Below, one piece after another: positions 28,371-37,866 of a stretch of DNA of 64,000 nt; positions within the stretch are counted from its first letter, which is position 1; the number at the start of each line of letters is the position of its first letter. Source of the DNA: Anaerolineae bacterium. Its GTDB lineage: Bacteria > Chloroflexota > Anaerolineae > UBA1429. The stretch covers positions 2,112,001-2,176,000 of the forward strand of contig OY776562.1 in the NCBI GenBank assembly GCA_963675785.1. The letters run 5' to 3'. Under the pieces are notes generated by a model. That model did not search any database and was not told the DNA's origin. It worked only from the letters and a program-made list of their open reading frames with translations. A program made the position numbers and the translations under genes.

Positions 28371-28399
28371 TTGACAGAGCATTGCCCAAAGCCTAGAAT
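28371..28399 (+). promoter_or_regulatory. Sigma70-type promoter of the CDF gene
   Basis: TTGACA-17-TAGAAT; 8 nt separate the -10 from ATG 28408. Confidence 0.8.
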
Positions 28400-28407
28400 C
28401 ACTTTTC

Positions 28408-29334
28408 ATGACTAATTGGCCGAATTTCGTGACAATTGACTCACATCGTCCCTCTGACGCTAGCCGCAAGCTATACCACGCAGCCAGCGCTATTGCCATT
28501 GGCGGAAACCTCGTGCTCATCGGCATCAAAGCGGTTGCAGCCGTCATAAGTTCCAGTAGCGCCATCTATGCCGATGCCGCAAATTCAGCCTCTGATGTAG
28601 TATACAGCCTTTTCATGGCGCTGGGGTTGACACTTTCACTGCGTCCGCCCGATTCGGGCCATCCGCACGGACACCAACGCGCTGAATCTCTGGTAGGCGT
28701 GGTCATCGCCATGGCCATGGGCATTGCCGGTTATGCAGCAGCACATGAAGGCATCGCGGCCTTTAGTTCGCCCGTCCCAACGATGAGCGTCTGGGCTATT
28801 GTCGTGCTCCTCGCCACAGCAGTCATCAAAACGGCTATGTACATTGGCTCTCGTCGACTCGCCCGAGAGGCACACAGCAGCACGCTGCACGCTGCCGCCG
28901 TTGATAACCTCTCAGATATTATCACCTCATCAGCAGCTCTGGCAGGATATCTGGCCAGTCAGTACATTTGGCCACAGCTTGACGGCATTGCGGCTCTTGC
29001 TGTTTCAGCCTGGATATTCAAGAACGCTATCCAGATTGCCATAGAGAATCTTGGCCATCTGGTCGGTTCAGGTGTTTCGGAAGAAACCCTCGAATCCATG
29101 GCTGAAATCGTCTTGCAGATTCCCGGCGTAGTAGCAGTCGAGCGATTGGTCGCTGAACATGCCGGACCGCGCGTCATCCTCGATGTACACATTCTGGCGG
29201 CTGGCGACATGCCTTTAAGGGAAGTTCATGCTCTCAGCCACCGCGTGCGAAAAGCCCTTGAGCAATGTGAGATTGTGGAACATGCCTGGGTTCACGTAGA
29301 ACCCACTGACATGCCCCTGGATGCCTCATACTAG
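28408..29334 (+). CDS. Cation diffusion facilitator transporter, probably Mn-type
   Basis: Multiple TM segments, HPHGHQRAE motif and C-terminal VHVEP; TM2 NSASD and TM5 DNLSD. Confidence 0.9.
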   Translation: MTNWPNFVTIDSHRPSDASRKLYHAASAIAIGGNLVLIGIKAVAAVISSSSAIYADAANSASDVVYSLFMALGLTLSLRPPDSGHPHGHQRAESLVGVVIAMAMGIAGYAAAHEGIAAFSSPVPTMSVWAIVVLLATAVIKTAMYIGSRRLAREAHSSTLHAAAVDNLSDIITSSAALAGYLASQYIWPQLDGIAALAVSAWIFKNAIQIAIENLGHLVGSGVSEETLESMAEIVLQIPGVVAVERLVAEHAGPRVILDVHILAAGDMPLREVHALSHRVRKALEQCEIVEHAWVHVEPTDMPLDASY

Positions 29335-29961
29335 TAGCTCTTTGACCTTTTCTGCCAAAGCCTTGCCCAGTGCCGCATGCCCTTCAGCCTCAAAGTGAAT
29401 GCCATCCTTTTCGCTGCTGATCAACACAGAGCCGGCGTCGAAATAGGCGCAGCCCTGCTCTCTGGCCACACGATGGTACTCGGCCGCAAATCGCGCCGAT
29501 TTTTCACCTGCCCCGGCAAACATATCGCTATAGCTCGTCAGACGGACCGTGGGTGGTGGGGCTACTAGCAAAACCATTGGGTCGCCGTCATTACGACCGG
29601 TACCACTGCGCATAGTCATCCTGGCTAAAATGCCTGCTCCAGCGGCGATATCCGTGGGCGGAGCGCTAAAGCGCTGTTTAAGATCATTGGTGCCCAACAT
29701 AATGATGACCAGATCCAGTGGTTTTTGCGACTCTAGACAGGGCTCCAAGTAGGTTTTGCCGTTCTTTAGGCATCCGATGGGATCATCCCATACCGTCGTG
29801 CGACCGTTGAGTCCCTCTTCGATGACACGATAGTTACTACCCAATTCAGCCTGCAGCACACCTGTCCAGCGTACATCATCGGCATAACGCCCCTGCGTCG
29901 AAGGGTTATACCCCCAAGTATTGGAATCGCCATAACATAGAATGCGATAAACCACGCTCAA
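29326..29961 (-). CDS. SGNH/GDSL hydrolase
   Basis: GDSNTWG, EEGLNGRTT, LGTND and DGIH motifs. Confidence 0.93.
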   Translation of the reverse strand: MSVVYRILCYGDSNTWGYNPSTQGRYADDVRWTGVLQAELGSNYRVIEEGLNGRTTVWDDPIGCLKNGKTYLEPCLESQKPLDLVIIMLGTNDLKQRFSAPPTDIAAGAGILARMTMRSGTGRNDGDPMVLLVAPPPTVRLTSYSDMFAGAGEKSARFAAEYHRVAREQGCAYFDAGSVLISSEKDGIHFEAEGHAALGKALAEKVKELLV

Positions 29962-30042
29962 CCTCCCAAAACATGCTGACTAGAACTTTTGACGCGCCTA
30001 GCCTAGCACGCTGGAGGCAGATGGTCAACGATTGCAAGGCAC

Positions 30043-30183
30043 AAAAAGGGGTGAGAGATTTACTCTCTCTCACCTGAGAAAGCGTTCTATCATGCTGCCA
30101 AAGCTCCATGGGATTCGTTCATGGTCTGTTCAATTTCCTTGCAGGTCCTATGTAAACTCCTTGATGTATTCACTGACCATTAC
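30043..30183 (-). ncRNA. Candidate sRNA or micro-ORF transcript
   Basis: Bounded by promoter-like TTGATA-18-TATTCT (30219-30190) and terminator GGTGAGAGA-N7-TCTCTCACC-CCTTTTT (30074-30043). Confidence 0.4.
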
Positions 30184-30229
30184 ACCACCAGAATACTGTA
30201 CCCCCCTTAGCTATATCAATGGTGTATAA

Positions 30230-30265
30230 TAAAAAAAGAGCCATCTGCTTAACAGATGGCTCTTT
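30230..30265 (-). terminator. Intrinsic terminator after tRNA-Pro
   Basis: AAAGAGCCATCTG-TTAAG-CAGATGGCTCTTTTTTT. Confidence 0.9.
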
Positions 30266-30266
30266 G

Positions 30267-30340
30267 TCGGGGCGAGACGATTCGAACGTCCGACCACTTC
30301 AACCCCATTGAAGTGCGCTACCTGACTGCGCTACGCCCCG
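30267..30340 (-). tRNA. tRNA-Pro (GGG)
   Basis: CGGGGCG acceptor, anticodon arm CTTCA-ATGGGGT-TGAAG, GTTCGAAT T-loop; CCA not encoded. Promoter TTGCCT-17-TATACT at 30381-30353. Confidence 0.96.
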
Positions 30341-30463
30341 GACACGAGTGAGAGTATAGCACCAACATGATGAACAGGCAAATGAAAACCGCTCGGTAAC
30401 TTGCTTTTCATGAGCAATTTACAATGTTATAATGCCGACACTGGATGCAAGCAGGCAGGCACA

Positions 30464-31762
30464 ATGGACAAAAGCAACATGGCGCAGCAGAAATCATCAA
30501 CATGGCTTGAGAGAGTCGTGTCTCGTTGCGTCGCCTCCTTGGGCAGCTTGCGCGCCACTGAGCATTTTCCCATTGCAACCAGGCGCGGACTTGTTTTAGG
30601 TGCGCTAAGCCTTGGCCTAACCGGCCTGATCTTGGGTATCCTCCTAGGAAGTGCCAATCGAGGTCTTGTGGGAGCATTTGTCGGTGCCGTCAGTGCAGCA
30701 GCATTGGGCATTCTTGGCGGAGCGCTTATCGGGGGCATTCTGGGACGAACCCTGTTCCCCACAGAAGATGATGTGGATGTCTCTATCGAATTTGAACGCC
30801 CCGAACGCCTTTATGCAGCTGGCGATCTCATACGCGGCTACATTGCCGTCAAAGGCAGCAAAAAAATAAGACTGTTGGGCGGGACTACTTGCCTCTGGGG
30901 ACGACGTTTTTACACTTATGACACCCTGGTTGACGAAGAAAGTGCTGCACGCGACATGGTGCAGGAACCCTACGAGCTTCACCTGGAACACACCCGCTCT
31001 ATCCCCGAAAGAAAACTCGGACGTAACGTGCTGCTTCGCTATCCCTTTGAGTTTCGTATCCCCCAGGATGCTGCACCCAGCCAGCACGGCCAGATCGTCT
31101 CCATCCGCTGGCAGGTACTGGCCGAAATTGAACTACCCTATCTATCGTCGCTTATTGCACGTAGTGAAGTGTTTATCAGTGCTCCCCCACCCGCCGTACC
31201 GGATGTGGTCAGCCAGTATCGATCGCTAACCTCCGCCGAACCCTGCCAACTACTGCTCTCTATGCCTAGGGTAGAATTCTGGCCGGGCGAGACGATAGAC
31301 GCGAATATAAGGCTAGCATCCAGACGCTCTTTTGCGGCCACCAGCATTCGCGCAGTGCTATACAGAGTCGAGCACATTGCTCAGGGTGACCCCCATGTGA
31401 TCTATGTCTCAGAATGGGATCTCGCCAGCGGCCGCTTTGAAGGGCAACGCTGGCCTGCACAAGAAGGCACAACCTATATCTGGCTGGAGGATGAGTTCGT
31501 CCTCGGTGAAGAACTGGCCATCGACGACCAAGAAATGCTCATCTATGCTTTTTCCTTGCATATACCCGAACGATTCTGCCCCACAGTCCGCGGCGTGCCC
31601 TCTGTTACGTGGAAACTGGGCGTCATTGTCGAACAACCCTCAGGAGAGGCAAACGTACGCGTCTTTCACGAAGTAATCGTCTCAACCTGGCTTGATAGCC
31701 TCATCAAGCCCGAAAAACCTGCTTCTCAGCCCCAAATTACCCTCCGCAGGGTATCTCGATAG
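30464..31762 (+). CDS. Membrane-anchored protein with tandem arrestin/Spo0M-like domains
   Basis: Two Gly-rich TM segments, then two repeats of the pattern Y/FxxG(D/E)xI...YxFxF/LxIP..P(S/T)..G..(I/V)xW. TGnTATAAT at 30425-30433 argues against the TTG 30401 start. Confidence 0.6.
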   Translation: MDKSNMAQQKSSTWLERVVSRCVASLGSLRATEHFPIATRRGLVLGALSLGLTGLILGILLGSANRGLVGAFVGAVSAAALGILGGALIGGILGRTLFPTEDDVDVSIEFERPERLYAAGDLIRGYIAVKGSKKIRLLGGTTCLWGRRFYTYDTLVDEESAARDMVQEPYELHLEHTRSIPERKLGRNVLLRYPFEFRIPQDAAPSQHGQIVSIRWQVLAEIELPYLSSLIARSEVFISAPPPAVPDVVSQYRSLTSAEPCQLLLSMPRVEFWPGETIDANIRLASRRSFAATSIRAVLYRVEHIAQGDPHVIYVSEWDLASGRFEGQRWPAQEGTTYIWLEDEFVLGEELAIDDQEMLIYAFSLHIPERFCPTVRGVPSVTWKLGVIVEQPSGEANVRVFHEVIVSTWLDSLIKPEKPASQPQITLRRVSR

Positions 31763-31768
31763 CCTTGC

Positions 31769-31797
31769 TTGACGCTCTCTCCGTTCAGCGTTACAAT
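31769..31797 (+). promoter_or_regulatory. Promoter of ffh
   Basis: TTGACG-17-TACAAT. Confidence 0.75.
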
Positions 31798-31835
31798 ATC
31801 CTGCATTTTGCAGTTATGGCTGACAGGATAGGTTG

Positions 31836-33158
31836 ATGTTCGAAGCACTCTCCGAACGACTTGAAAAAACCTTTCGCGATCTCTCTGGTAAGGGGCGTCT
31901 CTCTGAAGAAGATGTCTCGCGGGGACTTCGCGAAGTTCGTATGGCTCTGCTTGAAGCAGACGTCAACTATAAGGTTGTCCGAGAATTCATTAACAAGGTG
32001 CAGGAACGCGCCATAGGCGAAGAAGTCTCGCGAGCTCTCTCGCCAGCCCAGATGGTCATCAAGATCGTCAACGAAGAGCTTGTCAGCCTGCTCGGCAGCC
32101 CCGAGAAACTCGATCTGAGTGGACCACATCCAACGGTATTGATGCTGGTGGGCCTTCAAGGTTGTGGCAAAACAACGATGGCGGCTAAGCTTGCCGTCTT
32201 TTTGCGCAAGCAAGGGCATAATCCTCTCCTCGTTGCCGCCGACACCTACCGCCCGGCAGCCATCACTCAGTTGGAAACACTTGGTCATCAGATCAACACG
32301 CCGGTTTATGCCGAAGGCACCAACGTCTCACCCGTAACCATCTGCCAAAACGGCGTCAAAGAAGGGCGTCGGAACGCACATAGTATCGTCATACTGGATA
32401 CTGCAGGTCGGCTACAGATTGACGAGCAAATGATGGGTGAACTGGTGCAGATCCGCGATGCGGTCAAGCCGCAAGAGATTTTGCTCATTGTCGATGCCAT
32501 GACCGGCCAGGAAGCTGTGTCTGTAGCTGACGAGTTTAACAAAAAGGTGCCTCTTAGTGGCCTGATACTCACCAAAGTGGACGGAGACGCCCGCGGTGGT
32601 GCAGCACTTTCCGTTCGTTCAGTTACTGGCGTGCCTATCAAGTTCATGGGTGTGGGTGAAAAGACCTCGGACCTGGAAGAGTTCTATCCGCAACGATTAG
32701 CGTCCCGCATTCTGGGCATGGGTGATATGCTCACCCTCATCGAGCGTGCTGAATCAGCCTTTACGGAAGACCAGGCCCGCAAGATGGAAGAAAAGCTGCG
32801 TTCAGCTTCTTTCACCTTTGAGGACTATTTAGAGCAGATAAAAGCCCTGAAGAACATGGGGCCGATGAGTGAGATTTTGGCCATGATCCCCGGTATGCAG
32901 GGCGCAGTCAAAGGGTTACCCAATAACTTTGCCGAAGATTCCATGAAAGCCACCGAAGCCATGATCAGCTCGATGACGCGTGAAGAACGCCATAACCCAA
33001 AGATCATCAATGCCAGCCGCAAGCGGCGTATTGCTCAGGGAAGTGGCAAATCTGTTCAGGAAGTGAACCAGCTCTTGCGTCAGTTCGCGCAGACGCAAAA
33101 GATGATGAAGCAAATGCGGCGGGGCAAAGGCCGAGGACTTGCTTCACTCCTCGGTTAG
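31836..33158 (+). CDS. ffh: Signal recognition particle protein
   Basis: ALLEADV, GLQGCGKTT, DTAGR, TKVDGDARGG and an M-domain with RRIAQGSG. Confidence 0.98.
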   Translation: MFEALSERLEKTFRDLSGKGRLSEEDVSRGLREVRMALLEADVNYKVVREFINKVQERAIGEEVSRALSPAQMVIKIVNEELVSLLGSPEKLDLSGPHPTVLMLVGLQGCGKTTMAAKLAVFLRKQGHNPLLVAADTYRPAAITQLETLGHQINTPVYAEGTNVSPVTICQNGVKEGRRNAHSIVILDTAGRLQIDEQMMGELVQIRDAVKPQEILLIVDAMTGQEAVSVADEFNKKVPLSGLILTKVDGDARGGAALSVRSVTGVPIKFMGVGEKTSDLEEFYPQRLASRILGMGDMLTLIERAESAFTEDQARKMEEKLRSASFTFEDYLEQIKALKNMGPMSEILAMIPGMQGAVKGLPNNFAEDSMKATEAMISSMTREERHNPKIINASRKRRIAQGSGKSVQEVNQLLRQFAQTQKMMKQMRRGKGRGLASLLG

Positions 33159-33184
33159 ACAAAATTATAGAACATGCGTATAAT
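33156..33184 (+). promoter_or_regulatory. Promoter of the rpsP operon
   Basis: TAGACA-17-TATAAT. Confidence 0.75.
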
Positions 33185-33228
33185 CACTTTGTGTGAAAGA
33201 ACAAACGAGAGAGGGTTGAACACACACT

Positions 33229-33513
33229 ATGGTAAGAATTAGACTCCGTCGTGTCGGTGCCAAGAAACAGCCTAGTTATCGAATCGTCGTTAGTGACCAG
33301 CGCTCACCGCGTGATGGCCGCTTTATCGAGCAGATCGGGCATTTCAATCCCCGCACTGATCCCGAGACGGTTGTGGTAGATGAAGAGCGAGCACGTTTTT
33401 GGCTGCAGCGCGGTGCACAGCCCAGTGAGCCGGTTAATCGAATCTTTAACCGCATGGGAATCTCCGCCAAGCCAGTCGAAGCTCAAGAATCCACCGAAAT
33501 CGAAGCTGCGTAA
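33229..33513 (+). CDS. rpsP: 30S ribosomal protein S16
   Basis: [33 protein letters not shown]. Confidence 0.98.
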   Translation: MVRIRLRRVGAKKQPSYRIVVSDQRSPRDGRFIEQIGHFNPRTDPETVVVDEERARFWLQRGAQPSEPVNRIFNRMGISAKPVEAQESTEIEAA

Positions 33514-33527
33514 GAAAAGAGCTATTC

Positions 33528-33752
33528 ATGAAGGATCTGGTCCTGTATATCGCGAAATCGATCGTCAATAACCCGGATGACGTCCGCATTCAGCAGATTC
33601 GCGGACGCAATGCAACAATTCTAAAGTTGCGTGTACATCCTGACGACAAGGGCTGGGTCATCGGAAGGCATGGTCGCGTCGCTAATGCAATACGCTCGCT
33701 TTTGCGAGTTTGTAATGATGGCGATCGGCGCGTCATTCTCGAGATAGAGTAG
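33528..33752 (+). CDS. khpA: KH domain RNA-binding protein (KhpA/YlqC)
   Basis: DKGWVIGRHGRVANAIR (GxxG loop); lies between rpsP and rimM. Confidence 0.92.
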   Translation: MKDLVLYIAKSIVNNPDDVRIQQIRGRNATILKLRVHPDDKGWVIGRHGRVANAIRSLLRVCNDGDRRVILEIE

Positions 33753-33830
33753 CAACCTGCTTATCAGAATTAAGAGGCGACGTCCCGGTTGGGTCGTCGC
33801 CTTGTCTTGTATACAAGGGGAACAGCACCT

Positions 33831-34340
33831 ATGAAATCTGCGTCTCCCTCCCATCTGGTTATTGGCACAATTGTGGGCGCACGTGGCCTCGACGGTGAGA
33901 TGCGCGTCAACATCGAAACCGACCGGCCTGAGCGCTTTTATGATTTGAAAGACGTCTGCATCGGCCCCGAAAAACGACTTTACCATGTGGCACGGGCGCG
34001 GCTCTTCAAGGGGCAGGCACTGCTTGTGATCGAAGGTATCAGTTCGCCCGAACAAGCCGAACGTCTGCGCGGACAAGAACTGTATGTCCCCATCGAAGAC
34101 GCCTACGAGCTCGGTGAAAACGAGTATTATGTGTTCGAACTGGAAGGCATGGACGTGATCAGCGATGAGGGTGAAACCCTGGGCATCCTGGCAGAAGTGC
34201 TGTCAACGGGCGCCAACGATGTCTATGTTGTAAGGGGAGACCGCGGTGAAATCCTCTTGCCGGCCATCAAGGATGTTATCCTTGACGTTAACACGCAAGA
34301 TGGCATTATGACAGTACATTTGTTGCCAGGACTCGTCTAG
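33831..34340 (+). CDS. rimM: Ribosome maturation factor RimM
   Basis: IGTIVGARGLDGE, EYYVFELEG and TGANDVYVV motifs. Confidence 0.95.
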   Translation: MKSASPSHLVIGTIVGARGLDGEMRVNIETDRPERFYDLKDVCIGPEKRLYHVARARLFKGQALLVIEGISSPEQAERLRGQELYVPIEDAYELGENEYYVFELEGMDVISDEGETLGILAEVLSTGANDVYVVRGDRGEILLPAIKDVILDVNTQDGIMTVHLLPGLV

Positions 34341-34353
34341 AAAGGCCAGCTCG

Positions 34354-35436
34354 ATGGACAAACGCTACTGGCTTGGCTTTAACATGGTGTCGGGCTATGG
34401 TCCTGCCCGTATAGAAGCTTTGCTGGAGCGTTTTGGTGATCTGGAATATGCTTGGAATAGCGATGCTGCCAATCTGCGCGCCCTGGGCATTCCTCGGGAT
34501 GCCATTGAGTCTCTGCTGTACCATCGTGCCCGCCTCGACCTAGAAGATGAACTTGCTCGTGTGGCTGATCTGGATATCGACATCCTCACTTGGCAAGATC
34601 CCAACTATCCTGAACTGCTGCGCGATATCGACCAGTCCCCTCCCCTGCTATATGTGCGCGGAGAGATTACCCCGCCAGATGCCCTGGCTATCGCCGTTGT
34701 GGGTACCCGTAAGGTTACCTCTTATGGTCAAAGTGCCACGCGCGAGCTGGTGAGCGGTCTGGTTGCTCAGGGTATTACTATCGTCAGCGGTCTGGCCTTG
34801 GGTGTTGATGGTATTGCCCACACCACTGCCCTGGAACACAACGGCCGTACGCTAGCCGTGTTGGGCTGCGGTCTGGATGAAGTCTACCCTGCAAGGCACA
34901 GGGCCCTGGCCGAGCAAATTAGCACATCGGGCGCACTCGTCTCTGATTACGCACCCGGCGTCAAGCCCGAAGCACGTAACTTTCCTCCGCGCAACCGCAT
35001 CATCAGTGGCCTTTCGCTGGGAACAGTAGTCATTGAAGCGGGAGAACGCAGCGGTTCTTTGATTACCATTCGCTACGCACTGGATCAAGGCCGGGAGACC
35101 TTTGCCATACCCGGCAGCATGTTCAACCCCCTGAGTGACGGGACGAACGCACTCATTCGCCGGGGAGAAGCCAAACTTGTTACCCGAGTCGAGGATGTGC
35201 TGGAAGAATTGAACCTGAGCATGGTCGCAGAACAGCGCCAAGTGCGTGAACTTGTACCCGATAGCCCCACAGAAGCTTCTCTACTCGATCTTTTGGGCCC
35301 CGAGCCTATTCAGGTGGATGACCTCGTCCGTCAGTCTCATCTGGCAGCAAATGTGGTTTCCAGTACACTGTGTATGATGGAGCTCAAAGGAATGGTCCAA
35401 CGCGTCGACCGCTCTGCTTACGTCATCGCCCGCTAA
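34354..35436 (+). CDS. dprA: DNA-processing protein DprA
   Basis: AVVGTR, VSGLALGVDGIAH, FPPRNRIISGLS and EAGERSGSLIT motifs. Confidence 0.96.
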   Translation: MDKRYWLGFNMVSGYGPARIEALLERFGDLEYAWNSDAANLRALGIPRDAIESLLYHRARLDLEDELARVADLDIDILTWQDPNYPELLRDIDQSPPLLYVRGEITPPDALAIAVVGTRKVTSYGQSATRELVSGLVAQGITIVSGLALGVDGIAHTTALEHNGRTLAVLGCGLDEVYPARHRALAEQISTSGALVSDYAPGVKPEARNFPPRNRIISGLSLGTVVIEAGERSGSLITIRYALDQGRETFAIPGSMFNPLSDGTNALIRRGEAKLVTRVEDVLEELNLSMVAEQRQVRELVPDSPTEASLLDLLGPEPIQVDDLVRQSHLAANVVSSTLCMMELKGMVQRVDRSAYVIAR

Positions 35437-35450
35437 CTTGGGAGACTGCT

Positions 35451-36563
35451 ATGACATCAGCCAACGACGGCAATTCAAACAGTGATATCTATGTCACCAT
35501 CCTCGCGGGAGGCAGCGGCACACGTCTTTGGCCCCTCAGCCGGAAAGCGCTGCCCAAGCAGTTCTTGCAGCTCTGTGATCACCGTTCTATGCTGCAAAGC
35601 ACCGTCGATCGTGTGTTGCAAGTTTGTCCCCTTGAGCATGTCTTTGTGCTAACCGGCCCCGAACATGCTCATTTGGTGCATGAGCAAATTGAGGGATTGC
35701 CGAAAGAGAACGTATTTATAGAGCCGGGCCCTCGCAATACTGCTCCCTGCCTTGGTCTGGCCGCTATGCGTCTGGCCCATATGACCGCGAACAAACATGC
35801 TGTTATGGCTTCCATCCATGCTGACCACGCTGTGCAGCGCCCCCAGGCATTCGCTGCCGCCCTGCGTTCAGCCTGTCAAACCGCACGCCAGGGTTACATT
35901 GCCACAGTGGGCATCGTTCCCACAGAGCCGCACACGGGGTATGGCTATATTGAAAAGGGCGCGCCCCTCTATGACGATACCGGCTGCACTGTGTATGCTG
36001 TTTCCAGCTTTGTAGAAAAGCCGCCTTTGGATCAGGCGCGGGATTATGTAAATTCTGGCAATTACTTGTGGAACACGGGGTATTTTGCCTGGACGCTGGA
36101 GCGCATTCTGGGAGAATTCGAACGTTCGCTCCCCGAGACTTTTGAATTGCTGCACCAGGTCGTCAGTGCCGAACGGCGCGGCGATGCCCTAGCTGCCGCA
36201 TCAGCCTGGAACAGTATAAAACCCGTCGCTATTGATGTGGGCATCATGGAAAAAGCTGACCATGTTGCCGTCATTCCCTGCGAGATGGGCTGGAACGATG
36301 TGGGTAGTTGGGCATCACTCTATGAACTCGCCGAATACGACGAACAGGGCAACGTACTTTTAGGCGACAGCGTGCATGTGAGCCTGGATACCCACAACAC
36401 GCTCGTCTCGAGTTCAAAACGGTTGGTGGCTACCGCCGGATTGGAAGACTATATCATTGTTGATACAGAGGATGCACTGCTCATCCTCCCGCGAGAACGC
36501 GCTCAGGATGTAAGCAGCCTGGTCAAGCAAATACGTGCCAAGGGTCTAGAAGAACACCTCTAA
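35451..36563 (+). CDS. manC: Mannose-1-phosphate guanylyltransferase
   Basis: ILAGGSGTRLWPLSR..PKQF, EPGPRNTAP, FVEKP and WNDVGSW motifs; no C-terminal cupin domain. Confidence 0.9.
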   Translation: MTSANDGNSNSDIYVTILAGGSGTRLWPLSRKALPKQFLQLCDHRSMLQSTVDRVLQVCPLEHVFVLTGPEHAHLVHEQIEGLPKENVFIEPGPRNTAPCLGLAAMRLAHMTANKHAVMASIHADHAVQRPQAFAAALRSACQTARQGYIATVGIVPTEPHTGYGYIEKGAPLYDDTGCTVYAVSSFVEKPPLDQARDYVNSGNYLWNTGYFAWTLERILGEFERSLPETFELLHQVVSAERRGDALAAASAWNSIKPVAIDVGIMEKADHVAVIPCEMGWNDVGSWASLYELAEYDEQGNVLLGDSVHVSLDTHNTLVSSSKRLVATAGLEDYIIVDTEDALLILPRERAQDVSSLVKQIRAKGLEEHL

Positions 36564-36573
36564 GAGCGAAAGT

Positions 36574-37785
36574 GTGGATACCTTGCAAGCGGAAATTGTT
36601 ACCATTGGCACCGAGCTCTTGCTCGGTGAAATCGTCGATACAAACTCGGCCTGGATTGCACAGCGGCTCACCGAGATCGGCCTGAATCTCTTTTACACCA
36701 CTACCGTGGGTGATAACCTGGAGCGTGCTGCGCAGGTGCTCAGACAGTCGCTGGAACGCTCGGACATCACCATCACCACCGGTGGGCTAGGGCCTACAGT
36801 CGATGATGTTACCCGTGAAGCCGTGGCCAAAGCCATAGGCTGCGCGCTCTATACCGATGATAGCCTCTTGGAGGAAATCCAGGGCTTTTTCGCCCGACGC
36901 AACCGCGTTATGACGGCAAGCAACCGCCGGCAGGCTCAGCTTCCGCAAGGCGCTCAAGTGATTCATAACCCCGTTGGCACAGCACCAGCCTTTATCGCCG
37001 AAAAAGATGGGCACATCATCATCTCGCTGCCGGGTGTACCCTTTGAGATGAAATACCTGATGGAGCACGAGGTGTTGCCCTACATCCGCAACCGTTATGA
37101 TCTCAACGGTGTCATCAAGATTCGCGTTCTGCGAACCTGCAACATCGGTGAGAGCACGCTGGGTGAACGCATTGCCGACTTGATGGAACTATCCAACCCC
37201 ACAGTAGGCACGGCTGCCCACCCCGGGCAAACTGATGTGCGCATTGCTGCCAAAGCCGATAGCGAGCAAGAAGCAGATGCCCTCATCGCCCCCATTGAGG
37301 CCCGCATTCGTGAGGTGGCCGGCGAGTATATCTTTGGCGTTAATCATGAGACTATCGAAGGCGTGGTAGCAGCCCGATTACAACAGTTGGGACAAACGCT
37401 AGCGGTGGTCGAGATTGGCACGCCCAGCCTCATCATCCAGCGACTGGCCGGCACACCAGAAGCAGCGAATGTGCTCAAATCAGCCATGGTGGCTGCCAAT
37501 GCCCAGGGGTTGGCACTCGACCTGCCCACAGAGTTCGCGCAGCCCTCGCAAGAACTCGCCGATGCCGCTGCCATCGCCATACGACATGCAGCCCACAGCG
37601 ACCTGGGCTTGGCCGTGTGCACACAGCCAACCGCGGACGACCAGGGCATGCCCACCTATATTACCCTGGCAACACCCGGTGGGCTGGTTCGCACAGAACC
37701 ATACGGCGGCCGCCCCGGCCCTCTGGGGCAAGGTTGGGTTATCCACCTGGGCCTTGACACGATCCGACGCTACCTTACGTCATAA
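36574..37785 (+). CDS. cinA: CinA family protein (intact MocF domain, degenerate PncC domain)
   Basis: IGTELLLGEIVDTN, GGLGPTVDDVT, NPVGTAP and LPGVPFEM motifs. Confidence 0.9.
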   Translation: MDTLQAEIVTIGTELLLGEIVDTNSAWIAQRLTEIGLNLFYTTTVGDNLERAAQVLRQSLERSDITITTGGLGPTVDDVTREAVAKAIGCALYTDDSLLEEIQGFFARRNRVMTASNRRQAQLPQGAQVIHNPVGTAPAFIAEKDGHIIISLPGVPFEMKYLMEHEVLPYIRNRYDLNGVIKIRVLRTCNIGESTLGERIADLMELSNPTVGTAAHPGQTDVRIAAKADSEQEADALIAPIEARIREVAGEYIFGVNHETIEGVVAARLQQLGQTLAVVEIGTPSLIIQRLAGTPEAANVLKSAMVAANAQGLALDLPTEFAQPSQELADAAAIAIRHAAHSDLGLAVCTQPTADDQGMPTYITLATPGGLVRTEPYGGRPGPLGQGWVIHLGLDTIRRYLTS

Positions 37786-37866
37786 AATTGCCTATTTGAC
37801 CAACAACCTCAATGTGCGTACTGTTAGCCGGTTTGCTGAAGCGGAAACCCTATTGAGGTTGTTGGT

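Noticed and set aside
30036-30049. Recurring TTTT(T)GTGC after terminators (also near 8595 and 42585)
   Set aside because: Too short to separate from compositional bias without a genome-wide count.
30267-30340. tRNA genes as island integration sites (also 46895 and 63903)
   Set aside because: No integrase and no duplicated tRNA 3' end seen in the window.
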